From the NCBI GenBank assembly GCA_024679065.1, contig JAGIQG010000015.1, positions 45,632,001 to 45,696,000 of the forward strand: DNA of 64,000 nt, written 5' to 3'. The stretch is from Sphyrna mokarran (lineage: Eukaryota). Shown here piece after piece: positions 25,330 to 37,399 of this stretch. A program made the position numbers and the translations under genes. The notes under the pieces were generated by a model. The model was not told the DNA's origin and did not search any database. It worked only from the letters and a program-made list of their open reading frames with translations. Each line of letters begins with the position of its first letter. The stretch's first letter is position 1.

Positions 25330-26550
25330 TTCTGGAATCCCTGGATATTCACTAGTTGATGCTTCCGCCTATGTGCCCAAGGGCCGCTGACTTCCTCCTT
25401 GCGATAGAGGGGCAGCTGGAGTAAGGTTGAGAAACCCTGCTTTGGCACTAATGTATCTCAGCAAGTGCCTGCATAATTGAGTGCTTCTCCTACAGCAATG
25501 CAAAAATAAAATCTTGCACTCAGATCTCCATGACAACTGCCACCCTAGCTGCGTTGACCTTGATGCACTGGAGTGTCACAGTCACCTCAGACATAAGGCA
25601 GACAGATACCTCACTGTACCTTTCACTCTCAGGAGTGTAATGGACATCCCTTCCTGATTTTCATGAATTTATCTTTGGAGGTCTGTCAACTGAGATATGG
25701 CTGAATCCAGAGTCTCATCGTCTGACTGGGACTTAGCAGATTCCTGGTCTCCAGCAATCTCTGAGTGTCAACACCCTGGGAAGTTCCTCCCTCCCATCCA
25801 CTCCAGATCTGATGTGCTCACCAGATTGTGACCCCAAGGCTATTCTAGAAGTCAATCCCACCGAGGTCTATTTTACTGCATTGGTGGAGGGTGTGGGTGA
25901 ATGCTGTGATTGTTCTTCAATACAGGGTCTGTGAATTCCTCCTCCTTGCTTCTCTCAGGGCTGGAACAAGCACTTGGCTGATCCTGTGAGAGGACAGAGT
26001 TCTGCATTAATGCATGGCAGGGATCTTTAGAAGTAGGAGATATAACTCATAGCAGTGTTGTCTAATAGATGATGTTATGCATTTTGTTTCTCACTGCAGA
26101 CTTCACCATCAGCATAGGGCTTTTGAAATCTTCCCCAGCTTGTTGGATGGTTCTGTCCTCAAAGGCCGTGAGGATCTTGAGTTTTGGCATCCCTCAACCT
26201 ATCTAGAAACTCTCTGTCCTTGTTATGAGCCAACTTGTCCTGCATGCAAACAGATGGAGAGAGTGTAAACAGGATGTGTGCCAAGGTAGATGATAAGGAT
26301 GCCTGGAAATGTGTGTGTGTGTTGAATGAGACCAATGAGGTGATGAGAACACATCCTGCAGGGGAGATTAAGCTGTTTGTTGGAGAACGATGTGTGGTGT
26401 CCCTTGAGATGGAATTATGTGAGATTCCTGTGGATGTGTGTTGGGTATGTGAGTGTGAGTTGAGAATGATTTATTCAATTGGAACAGAGGAGATTATTTA
26501 TCTTGCAGCATGAGTAGTTATCCTCCTCTGCAAAGCATTGCCACTACCTG
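25330..26550 (-). mobile_element. PIF/Harbinger Myb/SANT gene remnant (exons 2-3)
   Basis: Acceptor TTGCATGCAG then DKLAHNK../GMPKLKILTAFEDRTIQQAG from 26239; next acceptor CTCTCACAG at 25984; same layout as 43747-44270. Confidence 0.7.
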
Positions 26551-26870
26551 TCAAAGAAAATTTGTTTATTAGTGTCACAAGTAGGCTTACAGTAACACTA
26601 CAACGAGGTTACCATGAAAATCCCTTCAATTTGATGCTGCATCATGTTAGTCATGCTAGATTGGTGATCTGGTTTGCAGATCTTAGCTACAGTGCGAATA
26701 TATCACATTGTGGGACCACATCAGGGATTGCACTGTGTCCAGGAAGTACAATTCTTAGTGACAAGTGTGCTAACTGTTTGCAGGGATAACCTTTAAATAT
26801 GGGTCTCCTATAGGTAAAGGAGGTATGCCGGGAAGAAGATACAAGGTCCGAAGTCACTTGCCAAGTGACT

Positions 26871-27093
26871 AAAGAACAACTTCTTCCTGCTGCTAGGAAA
26901 GAATAAATCTACCTCGCATTAAATTGATCTTTCTTTACAACCTAACTGTGATTGTAATATTACATTCTGCACCACCCTTTCGTTTCCTTCTCTATGAATG
27001 GTATGTTTTTTTCTGTATATTGCACAACAAACATTATTTTTCACTGTATACCAATACATGAGACAATAACAAAATGGAAACAAATCAAATCAA
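26871..27093 (+). mobile_element. Rex1/Babar-like LINE 3' end
   Basis: AAGAACA.CTTCTTCC..GCTGCT start, TTTTCACTGTA..TACATGAGACAATAA, (CAAAT)n tail. Confidence 0.65.
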
Positions 27094-27152
27094 AGAATGG
27101 TGGGCCAAGTGAATCAGAGGTCACTTGCCAATAATACAGAGTGAAATTTGTG

Positions 27153-27899
27153 TGTTCACGAGATTAGAATAGCCTAGGACCAAAAAGACTAATAGATCAA
27201 GGTGGATTGATTTTGAGTGAATATAATTTAAAAAGTGCAAAGTAACTGGAGTTACAAAGTCACAATTTGCATAGAAACACATATAACCACTGTTAGATAA
27301 TTTAAACCCTTATTTTTGAAAAAAATATATATCCTGTATTAAAGGCACACATCTTGGCCAATTACACTGCTCTAAGCATGATGGGATATAGCTAAGTAAG
27401 AAGGACCACATTCTTTGAAAACAATACAATTGAGAGAAGCAAAAAGCACTCTCATATTAGTGTGGGCTTTATAAAGTACAAGCTTCCAATAGAATGAATA
27501 GAATAATAATGTTTTCTGAATAACCAGTTGCTAATTAGACAGAGGGAAAAGAACTTTTGAACTCTACACACTTATGTATTGAAGTTGTTAGGAGAATGTG
27601 GGCAAGAAATTTTAAATTCAATAGACCTATGTATTCTCAAAGCTATCAGACAGTAGAACGTTACTGGCCAAGGTAAGTGATTCATACTGAAATGATTGGC
27701 CCATGTCTGGCTAGGATGAGAAAAAGAGGCGGACAAATAATTTTTGAAAAATATATAATTGTACTACTGATAACAATGCAATTTAGAATAGTTTGAGCTG
27801 CCTCAAATTATTCTCTAATACACATGGGCCTGGGCAATAACATATATCTATACTGTCTCTGTAAATCATTTGTATGTGATCTCCCAAAAAGCTCCTACA
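27153..27899 (+). repeat. ERV 5' LTR
   Basis: TG...CCTACA; colinear with 39346-40419 (e.g. TCTTGGCCAATTACACTGCTCTAAG in both). Confidence 0.9.
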
Positions 27900-27903
27900 G
27901 AAT

Positions 27904-27921
27904 TGGTGCCACAAACAGGTC
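27904..27921 (+). promoter_or_regulatory. Primer-binding site, possibly tRNA-Lys
   Basis: TGGTGCCACAAACAGGTC 4 nt after the LTR; resembles TGGCGCCCGAACAGGGAC with CpG decay and one indel. Confidence 0.55.
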
Positions 27922-30900
27922 ATTCATTGGAGTCTTACAGCAAGGCACCCAACATATTTTGGGTGAGTATAGTTTTATTTACCACCAGCAGTTGGAACAG
28001 TTTTGTGTTATGCTGTTAGAGCCATAAGTTGAGCAACCTGAACAGAAATAAGGGAGCTATAGAAAATAATATTTCATGAGTGAAATCACAGTAATGTGCG
28101 AGGGGCAAAAATGGACTTTTGCACTACCCTGAGTAGCAGAGCTAAAAGCCACATGTAGGGAAGACATATGGATAGGGAGGCATGCTAATACAGGAGGGCA
28201 AAGACAGGCTTTTGTACCACCCCAAGCAATAGGGTGAATAAACAAGAACATGCTGCGCAAACTGTTGAAGGGCATGAACAATATTAAGGGAACAGAGGCA
28301 GATTTCTGTAACTCTCCAAGTAGCAGAACAAAAAAACAAGAACACACTAGGGCAATAGAGGGTGAGAGCTGCTCAATGTAGTGATGCTGGTTGGCCCAGA
28401 GACAGAGGACAACTAAGGGAGCACCTGGAGGCAATTTAAAACAAGTACAGAAAGTTATTAAAGAAAATAATTTAAAAAAACTTGGAATCTCCTGAAGGTG
28501 AGCATAAAGTTGGTAGTTGGGACAGATTGAAAACAAACCATGTGCAATAAGAAGCAGGTGCTCAAACCCTCACTAACCTCACAGAAACCTAAAAGGCCCC
28601 TTTGCTCAGTGGGGTAGCATGCAATGTGTGATACAGAATTGAGAGAGATGAAGAGAGAGAGAGAAAATATTGTAAATTATTTGGCAAATAGCAAAGAAAA
28701 AATGATTAAGAAAACCTGCAGTTGAGCTGATAATTTGAGTAGTTTTTGCATTTCGGTAGGTGGTTGCTGATGCATTAGATCAAGGACAGGAGTTGTCAAA
28801 GACATTATTTGATTTTGTGGAGTATTTATTGCGGGCAATAAACACCATGCTTTACACTTTGGTTTAATTTCAAAGAGACTAAGAAAGTGTTAAATCTGTT
28901 AAAATTTAAATGTAAAAGTTCTTGAAATTACTCTTGTTTTTGGAATTTGATTACAGTTTGGAAGAAAGAAGAATGAAGCCTACTGTCTTAATTAATTTTC
29001 CTTATTTTCTTTGAATGTTTTATTTTAATTCCAGTTTAGAATGTTGATGCCAAATGAAAGGAGATAATGTGTAATGTACTTGTTTGAAGTACTTGTGTGG
29101 ATGTTTTTTTTGTTTGCGTTAATGCTTTAATTCCCCCCCTCCCCCGTTGAGATTTTATGAAATAGGTTTGATACAGAGTTTAAAATCAAATGGGAATTGG
29201 ACTTGATTGAAGTGTAACTGAAATAAGATAAATTTATGAAATTCCTTAATCTTGAATACAATCAGCCACAGTTGTTCTCAAGAAAATATAGGATATACAT
29301 GCACATATAATATATACATGAGGGAAGTTACTTTGAACACAATCTATGGAAAGTATATTCAAATTTTAAATTCAGAATAAGTAAATTAGAGTTTGAAAGT
29401 AACCAATGAATAATCTTGGGTTCAAACTGGAATACGAAAAGGTTTATAACTTGGAGGAAGCCATGTGCCTTTCCTTTGTCTCAGTGTTTTGTCTCTTGTG
29501 TTTTTAACTGGCAAAGATTTCACCATCTTCTGTTCTCAATTTGGTAATTAAGAATTTATACACATTGGAGATTATGAATTTTATTTTTATTTTTTAATAA
29601 GCTGGAAGGGGAAAATGACTTGTTTAAAATTTATGAGCTGTGACTATCTCTACATTGTGTATTAACTTCCACTTGAGGTCTGTAGGAAAGTTAACTATTT
29701 CAGCAAACATCTTTGAAAAAGAAATTAAACCTTTCTATTTAATTCCAGACAGTAACCTATTTTTGATTTTAAACCTCTCCGAAACATATGTCAGGTTAAT
29801 TTATAATGGCTGATTTATATGTGCAATTAAATGTGCAAATTGTAAGTGTAGGCTGGAGGGATGTGGAATAAGTATAAGATTACGATAATTTGGTTAGAGC
29901 TAATTAAAATTTGGGACATTTGAAATGATTATGATAAATCTTGTTTTGGATTAATCTTGAATCAAAATGTCTTGTTATATTCAAAGATATATTCCCAAAA
30001 CAATTGGGAATTCTACAATTGTAGAATTAGATTCTGAAAAAGGAATTAGTCCACCGTCCAAATGCTTGGTCATTTTTATTTTAAAAGGGTGATGACATAA
30101 TGACATCTATTTGAGAACTTTACTCCACTCCTTTCAAAACTATCAGAAAATTAACCCATTCTGTCTCAAGCAGTGTGATTATTGTGTTTTGCAGGTAACT
30201 ATAAATAATGCAAGATTTGCAGTAGCTTCAAGACCTTTGAGAGAATTTATTTGTAGATTTTCAATACAGCAGAAATTAAAAGCCTGAATCAAAACCTAGT
30301 AAAAGAGAGGAGGGCATCTAGTGAGGAAATACAAAAGATAGAATGGGTGGGGAGAGTGAGATTATATTCACCGCCAGTGAACAGCACTGGCCTTTGAGCT
30401 GTCTGACAATGATGGGAATTATTACACTGCTATGGTGACCTAAAAGCATTCTAGTTGGATTGTGTGATGTGCATCTTCGAAGTTAATGAACGAATGACAA
30501 GACTGAGAGAAGTAGTTTCAGAAACAGAGCACACAGGTGCAAGTTTTAAATATAAGAAGATTGAAAACCATCAGATGCGAAGCGGGCTCAATGGGAAAAA
30601 TCTGTTCCTCCCACTTAACTGAAGGTTCTTATGGTTAGGGATGAGGGAAATAATCCAGTGGGATAGATGAATATAGAAGGAAATGAATAGGTATGTGATA
30701 TGCAGATGAGACGTGGAGAAGTGAACAGGGTAATAGAAGAGACGTTATAGGAGAGCTGATAGTTGAACAGAGTAGGACAAAATTAAAAGTGGGATTCATT
30801 TGGTGGATAATGAGAATGACAATTGTTATTAAAAAGAAATGCTTAAAGGGATTCTAAGAGAGGATAGAAAGATTTAAAAACAGTTTAAATGGTAGCTAAG

Positions 30901-31252
30901 GATATAGGAAAAAGTTTTTTTTAAAGAAACAAAGAAAGATAGGCATTATTGGACATTAGAAAACCCACAATACTTTTTCAATTTGGGACAATTCTGACAT
31001 AGAAAAATGTGTGGTTAGCAAGCTGCCTTAAAAATGATGCTTTTTTATGTCAAAGAACAAGCAATCAAAATAGGTTATTGCCTGGAATCAAATAGAAAGG
31101 CTTGATTTCGGTTTCAAAGATGTTGTGAAGCAAAATGAATAGAATTAAGTAATTGAGACGGTAGAGACTGGAATTTAAACAGCAAGGGGGAATTGGGATA
31201 TTGAGTACAATTCAACTAATTAGAATATTTTGACTTGGCACTGACCCTCAGC

Positions 31253-31340
31253 CAAGATGGCGGCGGCAGCAGCGGGACACCTGGGAAGCGGGCGGCTGGG
31301 GCGGGGCGCAGCCTAGGGCGGACAGACACCGCGGGGAGAG
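31253..31340 (+). promoter_or_regulatory. CpG-rich fragment with YY1 site and GC box
   Basis: CAAGATGGCGGC at 31253-31264, GGGGCGGGGC at 31298-31307, about 10 CpGs in 80 bp. Confidence 0.5.
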
Positions 31341-31469
31341 ACCAAGGCTTGATGTGAGGCCTGCTCCTGCCTGGGGAAGGAGAGCAGTCAGAGAACAGTC
31401 CTTGTCCTTCGAGAAGGCAGAATATTGAAGAGAGAGATTAGAAAAGACATGAATGAATCCAAGTGAAAA

Positions 31470-32506
31470 CCACTCAAAATTAACATTTATCCCAAACTCA
31501 TCCCAAATTTTACTCCAAAATTTACCCCAAAATTTACCTCAAACTGACCCCAAATTTTACCCCAAAATTTACCTCAGTATTACAATCTCCAATTTTCCCT
31601 AAGTATCACCACAATTTTATTCTCAATCAAAATGTCAGTCGAAATTAGCTCAAAATATATCCTAAAATTTAACCAAGCCTACTTCAAAGTTCGCCTCAAC
31701 AATTATCTCAAAATTTACCTCCTAAAGTTAGATCAAAGGTGACGCCAACTTTATCTCAAAACTTTGGTCAAACTTAATCAAAATATATCATCAAATTTGC
31801 CCAAATTTTCTTCAAAATTTTTCTTCACACTTACCTCAAAATTTACCTCAATTTTACCTCAAAATTTACCCCAGACATACTTCAACATTTACCTCAAATT
31901 TTTCTCAGAACTTATCTTAAATGTACCTCAAAATTTAGCTCCAAGGTTACCGCAAATATTCCTGAAAACTCAGGTCTAATTATATCCTCAAATTTAACTC
32001 AACTTGCTTCAAAATTTACGTCACCATTTTCTCAAAAATTACCTCAGAATTTACCTCAGCATCTACCTCAAAATTTGCCTCAAATGCAGCTCAGAATTTT
32101 CCACATATTTAACTAATAATTTACCTCAAGATTTACACAAAATTACCTAAAACTTGGCCCAAAGTTTAGCTAAAATTTACCTCAAGTATACCTCAAAAAT
32201 TAGTTCAAAATGTAGCTCAAATTTACCCCAATTTTACCTCAAACGTTACCCCAGCTTTACCTCAATTTTACCTCAAATGCTATGCCAGATTTATCTCAAA
32301 ATTACCTCCAAATTTTTCTCAAACATTTGCTCAAAATTTACCTCAAATTTACCCTAAAATTCCTTCAGATTTACTCAAACTTCAGTGAAAGATCGGGCAA
32401 ATTGTCGTCAAAGACCATCAAGTATATGTCAAATTTCGGGCCAATATTTGGCAAATTTTGCTCAAGTTCCCCTCCAATTTCATTTTTACCCCAAAATTTA
32501 CCCCAA
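31470..32506. repeat. Degenerate 12-13 bp satellite (AAAATTTACCTC), block 1
   Basis: Dozens of AAATTTACCTC, AAATTTACCCC and TTAGCTC variants. Confidence 0.95.
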
Positions 32507-32517
32507 TGTATGAGGAT

Positions 32518-32700
32518 ATGCCCCTATCTGGACAGATAGATCCTTTTGATGTTTCTGTGGAGGTCTGGATACAAATATGTTGAATGTTTGGCTACTATTT
32601 TCAGGCCAACAGAAAAGGGAAGGGAAGAGAAAGACAATGTTTCAGAGACCATGTGGGACCCAGGCTTACAATTTAATATGCAACCTCATATCCCCCCAGC
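32518..32700 (+). mobile_element. Gypsy gag N-terminal fragment
   Basis: MPLSGQIDPFDVSVEVWIQ/YVECL/YYFQAN...CGTQAYNLICNLISP with frameshifts, typical of a vertebrate Gypsy gag start. Confidence 0.7.
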
Positions 32701-32784
32701 GTGTCTGAGTCCAGGTTGTTCACTGCGATAGTTGAATAGGTGAAAACATGCTGCCACCCAAAGCCATTGGTAATACTGCAGCAA

Positions 32785-33860
32785 TTTAAAATTAACTCAC
32801 CCCAAATTTTATCGCAAACTTACTCCAAAATGTCCCTGACAATCATCCCAAATTTTACCCCAAAATTACCCCAAACCTACCCCAAATTTTACTCCAACCT
32901 TTATCAAAACTCAGCCCAAATTTTACTCCAAAAGTTACTCCAAATCTACCGCAAATTTTACCCCAAAATTTCCCTCAAATTTATCTCAATATTATCATTA
33001 GCCTCAATATCCTCCAATTTACCATAAGTTTCACTACAAATTTACCTCAAAATGTTGGTCAAATATAGCTCAAACTGTACTCTCAAATTTATCCCAAATC
33101 TGCCTCAAATTTAACATTAGCCTCAATATCCTATTTCACCATAAATTTATCCCAAATTCGCCTCAAAGCCTTGCTCAAATTTAGCTCAAAATTTCTTCAA
33201 AATTTACCTCAACATTTTTCTCAAAGTTCCCTCAAACTTACCTCAACATTTACCTCAAAATCTGCATAAAATTTACCTCAAAATGTGGCTTAAAATTTCT
33301 CTCAAAGGTTACCCCAAATTTACTTCAAAGCTCAAAAATGGACTCTCAAATTTATCCAAACTTACTTCACAATTTACTTCAACATTTTTCTCAAAATTTA
33401 CCCCTAAATTTAGCTCAAAGGTTACCCCAAATTTATCTCAAACTCAGGTCAAATTTAGCTCAAAATTTGCCTCAAGTTTACCTCAAATGTTAGCCAAAAT
33501 GTAGGTCAAAATTTACCTCAAAATTTATGGCAAACCTACACCATAATTTACTTCAAGATTTACCCAAATTTACCTAGAGAATTGCCCAAAACCTGACTCA
33601 TAGTGTAACTCAAATTTACCTCAAAATTTACTCTTATATTAACCCAAATTTTCCTCAAATGTAGCTCAAAGTTTACCTCAACATGTATTTCAAATTTACC
33701 TCAAATTGAGATGAAGGATTACCCTCAAATTTACCTCAGAATTTCCCTCAGATTTAACTCAAACTTCAGTTAAATATCGGGCAAATTTTGGTCAAACGTC
33801 CATCAAATATATGTCAAATTTCGAACCAACATTCAGCAAATTTTGCTCAAGTTTTACTCA
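32785..33860. repeat. Degenerate 12-13 bp satellite, block 2
   Basis: Same monomers; ends in the same ~120-bp cap as block 1 (ACTCAAACTTCAGT..ATCGGGCAAATT..CCATCAA.TATATGTCAAATTTCG..TTTTGCTCAAGTT). Confidence 0.95.
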
Positions 33861-34265
33861 GATTTCAGTCGAGTCCGGGATTGAAGTTCTATGTTCACTC
33901 CATCTGAATTTGTGTTTATCGATTGACAGATTTTCCTAAATTTGTCTCTCTCCTGTTCATTCACACATTTAATCATCAGGTTGACTATATCCAAATGACA
34001 GTTGTTCCGTTGTTTTACAGATTTATTATTAATAATCAAGTTATCTAAACTTGAGTGTAGTATATCAGCATATATTCCCCCACACTAAGATCAGATTTAT
34101 CTAAAGTTGTGCTTCTCCTGTCCATTAACACATTTAATAATCAGATCTAACTGTGTGTTTGTCCTGGTCATTAACCGATTTGATGTTAATATTTAATATA
34201 TCTAAATTTGTGCTTGTTCCCTCACTTAACATGTTTTGCATTAATATTCACATTATCTATTCAGA

Positions 34266-34390
34266 TGAATAAGGAAGGGGGATCTCATAGAGACATGAAA
34301 TTCTACCAGGACTAGATAGGGTAGATGCAGGGAAGATGTTCCCGATGGTGGGGGGAGTCCAGAACCAGGGGTCACAGTCTGAGGATTTGA
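34266..34390 (+). mobile_element. CR1 fragment
   Basis: GGGGATCTCATAGA..GGACTAGATAGGGTAGATGCAGG..AGAACCAGGGGTCACAGTCT. Confidence 0.8.
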
Positions 34391-34399
34391 GATAGATTC

Positions 34400-34935
34400 A
34401 TGAAAGAGAGAATGTGCAGGATGCATGGTGTCCTTGATTATGCTGGTGCTTTTCCTCGAGGCAGCAGGAAGTGTAGACGGAGTCAGTGGATGAGAGATTG
34501 ATTTTGGGTGATGGATTGGGCTACATTCACAACTCTTTGTAGTATTTTTCAGGAGCCCATACCAAGCTGTGATATGATCAGAGAGAATACTTTCTATGTT
34601 GCATGTGTAAAGGTTGGTGAGAGTTGTAGCAGGTATGCCAAATTCCTTGGCCTCCTGAGGAAGTAGAGGCGTTGGTGGGGCTTCCTTCACTATAGTGTCA
34701 GCTTGGAGGGACCCAGACAGGTTGTTGGTGACCTGGACACCTAAAAACCTGAAGCTCTCGACCTTTACCAAGTCATCCCTGTTGATGTAGACGGGGGCAT
34801 GTTCTCCACTCTGCTGCTGAAGTTGGTGACAATCTCCTTCATTTTGTTGACATTGAGGGAGAGATTACTGACACAGTGCCTGTTCACCAGATTCTCTATC
34901 TCTTTCCTGTACTCCCCCTTGTCATTGTTTGAGGT
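34400..34935 (-). mobile_element. Rex1/Babar LINE RT C-terminal fragment
   Basis: ORF 34253-34771: VESFRFLGVQVTNNLS...IESILS..ITAWYG. Confidence 0.85.
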
Positions 34936-35051
34936 TAATTTGACAATGAATAGTTAATCAGTTTACGTTTTTAAAAGAATTGATGCAGTGGACGCACTCA
35001 CTCCAATATCAGAAAATTCCACCCAACATCAACAGACCCATGCATGGTCTC

Positions 35052-35055
<4 letters not shown>

Positions 35056-35134
<79 letters not shown>
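35056..35134. repeat. (CA)n microsatellite, about 39 units
   Basis: Perfect CA run. Confidence 0.99.
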
Positions 35135-35136
<2 letters not shown>

Positions 35137-35494
35137 CCAACATCCACTACAATTCCCATGATGGGCGGGAGATGAAAAATCCCCAAACAAAATCAGATAA
35201 TATCACGATTCTAACCACTGATTATTAGTTCCAATCACAGAATAGTCTGAAGGAAATAATCCAAGCATTTTGTGATGGACCTGAATTAATATTTAATAAT
35301 CTATGATTAACCTAAACAAAGAGCCCCTAATGAGTCAAAACCTATGTCAGATATGTTGTTCCAATGTGTGAAGAAACTCAGTTAGAAAGCATCAATTGAG
35401 AGCTTTCAATATTAACAAATAATTCATTAATTGCAGAGAAAATTATTGGAATGAATGATTAATTTTAATACAAGCAGTTCCAGCAACTAAAATT

Positions 35495-35582
35495 CTTTAC
35501 TCTGCACCTAATCCCGTGCTGTACCTATCCTGGGAGTGTTTGATGGGGGACAGTGTAGAGGGAGCTTTACTCTGTATCTAAC
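35495..35582. repeat. Single ~70-bp monomer of an elasmobranch tandem repeat
   Basis: CTTTACTCTG..CTAA.CCCGTGCTGTACCT..CCTGGGAGTGTTTGATGGG.GACAGTGTAGAGGGAG, then a restart CTTTACTCTGTATCTAAC. Confidence 0.65.
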
Positions 35583-35584
35583 TC

Positions 35585-35770
35585 AAATAGCACGAGGGGA
35601 ATAAGGTATAATTTGGATGCTAGAGGGAGTTTTTTCACACAGAGTGTGGTGGGTGTATGTAAAGTGATGGAGGCAGGCACTCTGAAGTTATTTAAGAGAT
35701 ATTTAGATGGGCACATGAACAGAATGGGAATGGAGGGGTATAGAAAACTGATTTAAAATAGAGATCATGA
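35585..35770 (+). mobile_element. CR1 3' fragment
   Basis: TTTTTCACACAGAG.GTGGTGGGTG..TTTAAGAG..TTTAGATGGGCACATGAA. Confidence 0.75.
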
Positions 35771-35789
35771 GCCTTGGGAGTCCATGGGA

Positions 35790-36840
35790 AGTGTGGATGG
35801 CTCTTTTTCTGCATGGAGGTCGGTCACCAGTGGAATGCCCCAGGGATCTGTTCTAGGACCTTTGCTGTTTGTCATTTTCATAAATGACCTGGATGAGGAA
35901 GTGGAGGGATGGGTGAGTAAGTTCGCCAATGACACGAAGGTTGGTGGTGTTGTGGATGGTCTGGAGGGATGTCAAAAGTTGCAGCATGACATCAACAGGA
36001 TGCAAGACTGGGCGGAGAAGTGGCAGATGGACTTCAACGTGGATAAATGTGTTGTGGCCCATTTTGGCAGATCCAACGGGATGAATGAGTACACTATCAA
36101 AGGTAGGAGTCTTAGCTGTGTGGAAGAGCAGAGGGATCTTGGGGTCCGGGTCCATAAGACTCTCAAATCGGCCTCCCAGGTGGAGGATGTGGTTAAGAAA
36201 GCTTACGGTGTACTGGCCTTCATTCATCGAGGGATTGAGTTCAGGAGTCAGGAGGTAATGCTGCAGCTTTATAGGACCCTTGTCAGACCACACTTGGAGT
36301 ACTGTGCGCAGTTCTGGTCGCCTCACTATAGGAAGGACGTGGAAGCTATTGAAAGGGTGCAGAGGAGATTTACAAGGATGTTGCCTGGATTGGGAGGCAT
36401 GCCTTATGAAGACAGGTTGAGGGAGCTGGGACTGTTCTCCCTGGAGAGACGAAGGTTGAGAGGCGACCTGATAGAGGTTTACAAGATGTTGAGAGGAATA
36501 GATAGGGTGGACTCTCAGAGACTATTTCCCAGGGCTGAAATGGTCGCGACGAGAGGGCACAGATTTAAGGTGCAGGGAAGCAAGTACAGAGGGGATGCTA
36601 GGGGAAAGTTTTTCACTCAGAGGGTGGTGAGTGAGTGGAATCGGCTGCCGTCGGTGGTAGTAGAGGCGAAGTCGCTGAGGTCTTTTAAAAGACTTCTGGA
36701 TGAGTATATGGGATCCAATGGGATTGGGGGTTATTGATAGGTCTATGGCTGGGTAGGTTTTGATGTGTTCGGCACAACTTGTGGGCTGAAGGGCCTGTTT
36801 GTGCTGTAGTGTTCTATGTTCTATGTTCTATGTTCTATGT
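35790..36840 (+). mobile_element. Young 5'-truncated CR1 with an uninterrupted 317-aa RT C-terminal ORF
   Basis: SGMPQGSVLGP, SKFANDTK (catalytic FADD changed to FAND), RPHLEYC; (TTCTATG)n tail. Confidence 0.95.
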
Positions 36841-37014
36841 GTGTAAATAGATGATGATACTGATGTACTTGTTTTTTCCTACAGGTGCTTTGGTCTGCCT
36901 TGTTGTCTATCAAGGGGCATACACGCGATGGGTCGTGAGAGGGCTGCTCTTGGATTTTTTGAGAATATCCTAGTGCTTCACGTCGTTAGTGTATGCTTGA
37001 CCTGGACCATTTGA

Positions 37015-37343
37015 TGGGCAACATGACAGCTGAGTGACTATCTCTGTGCTGTGCAGATACATGGATTTGGGCTTGTGTCTGTGGGAATTTGCGCATTTTC
37101 CCCATGTTTGCGAGGGTTTTCTCCAGGTGCTCTGGTTTCCTCCCACATCCCAAAAATGTGCTCTTAGGCTAATTGGCAAAACAAATTCTCCCTAAATTGT
37201 CTCAAATTTGGTTTCAATCCATAGATCTATAAACATAGACAGGAATCACGGGTAAAGGTGGGAACATTGGGGTGGCGGCGTGGGCTCATTGGGCCGAAGG
37301 GCCTGTTTCCCATGCTGTTTTATTCTTTGTTCTTTGTTCTTTG
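37015..37343 (+). mobile_element. V-core SINE variant with long spacer and CR1 tail
   Basis: V-core, then CAAAACAAATTCTCCCTAAATTG..ACATAGACAGG spacer, GGGCCGAAGGGCCTG and (TTCTTTG)n; homologous to 46274-46519. Confidence 0.8.
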
Positions 37344-37399
37344 ATGTATATTTCTAGTGAAAGGAAAGTATCAGTGGGATAATAAACTGATAGTTTTCA

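Noticed and set aside
28057-28536. 159-aa minus-strand ORF
   Set aside because: Antisense to purine-rich presumed ERV gag-region sequence, with no domain; a gag zinc knuckle near 28370 was too decayed to call.
31764-33504. Several K/F/S/P-rich ORFs
   Set aside because: Chance open frames in the satellite.
31470-33860. CRISPR array or telomeric repeat
   Set aside because: No constant repeat with unique spacers, no cas genes, vertebrate context, and no TTAGGG array.
34980-35228. ORFs with poly-HT / poly-VC
   Set aside because: Translations of the (CA)n microsatellite.
35784-36737. Functional or domesticated reverse transcriptase gene
   Set aside because: 5'-truncated CR1 with the catalytic FADD changed to FAND; the open frame reflects young age.
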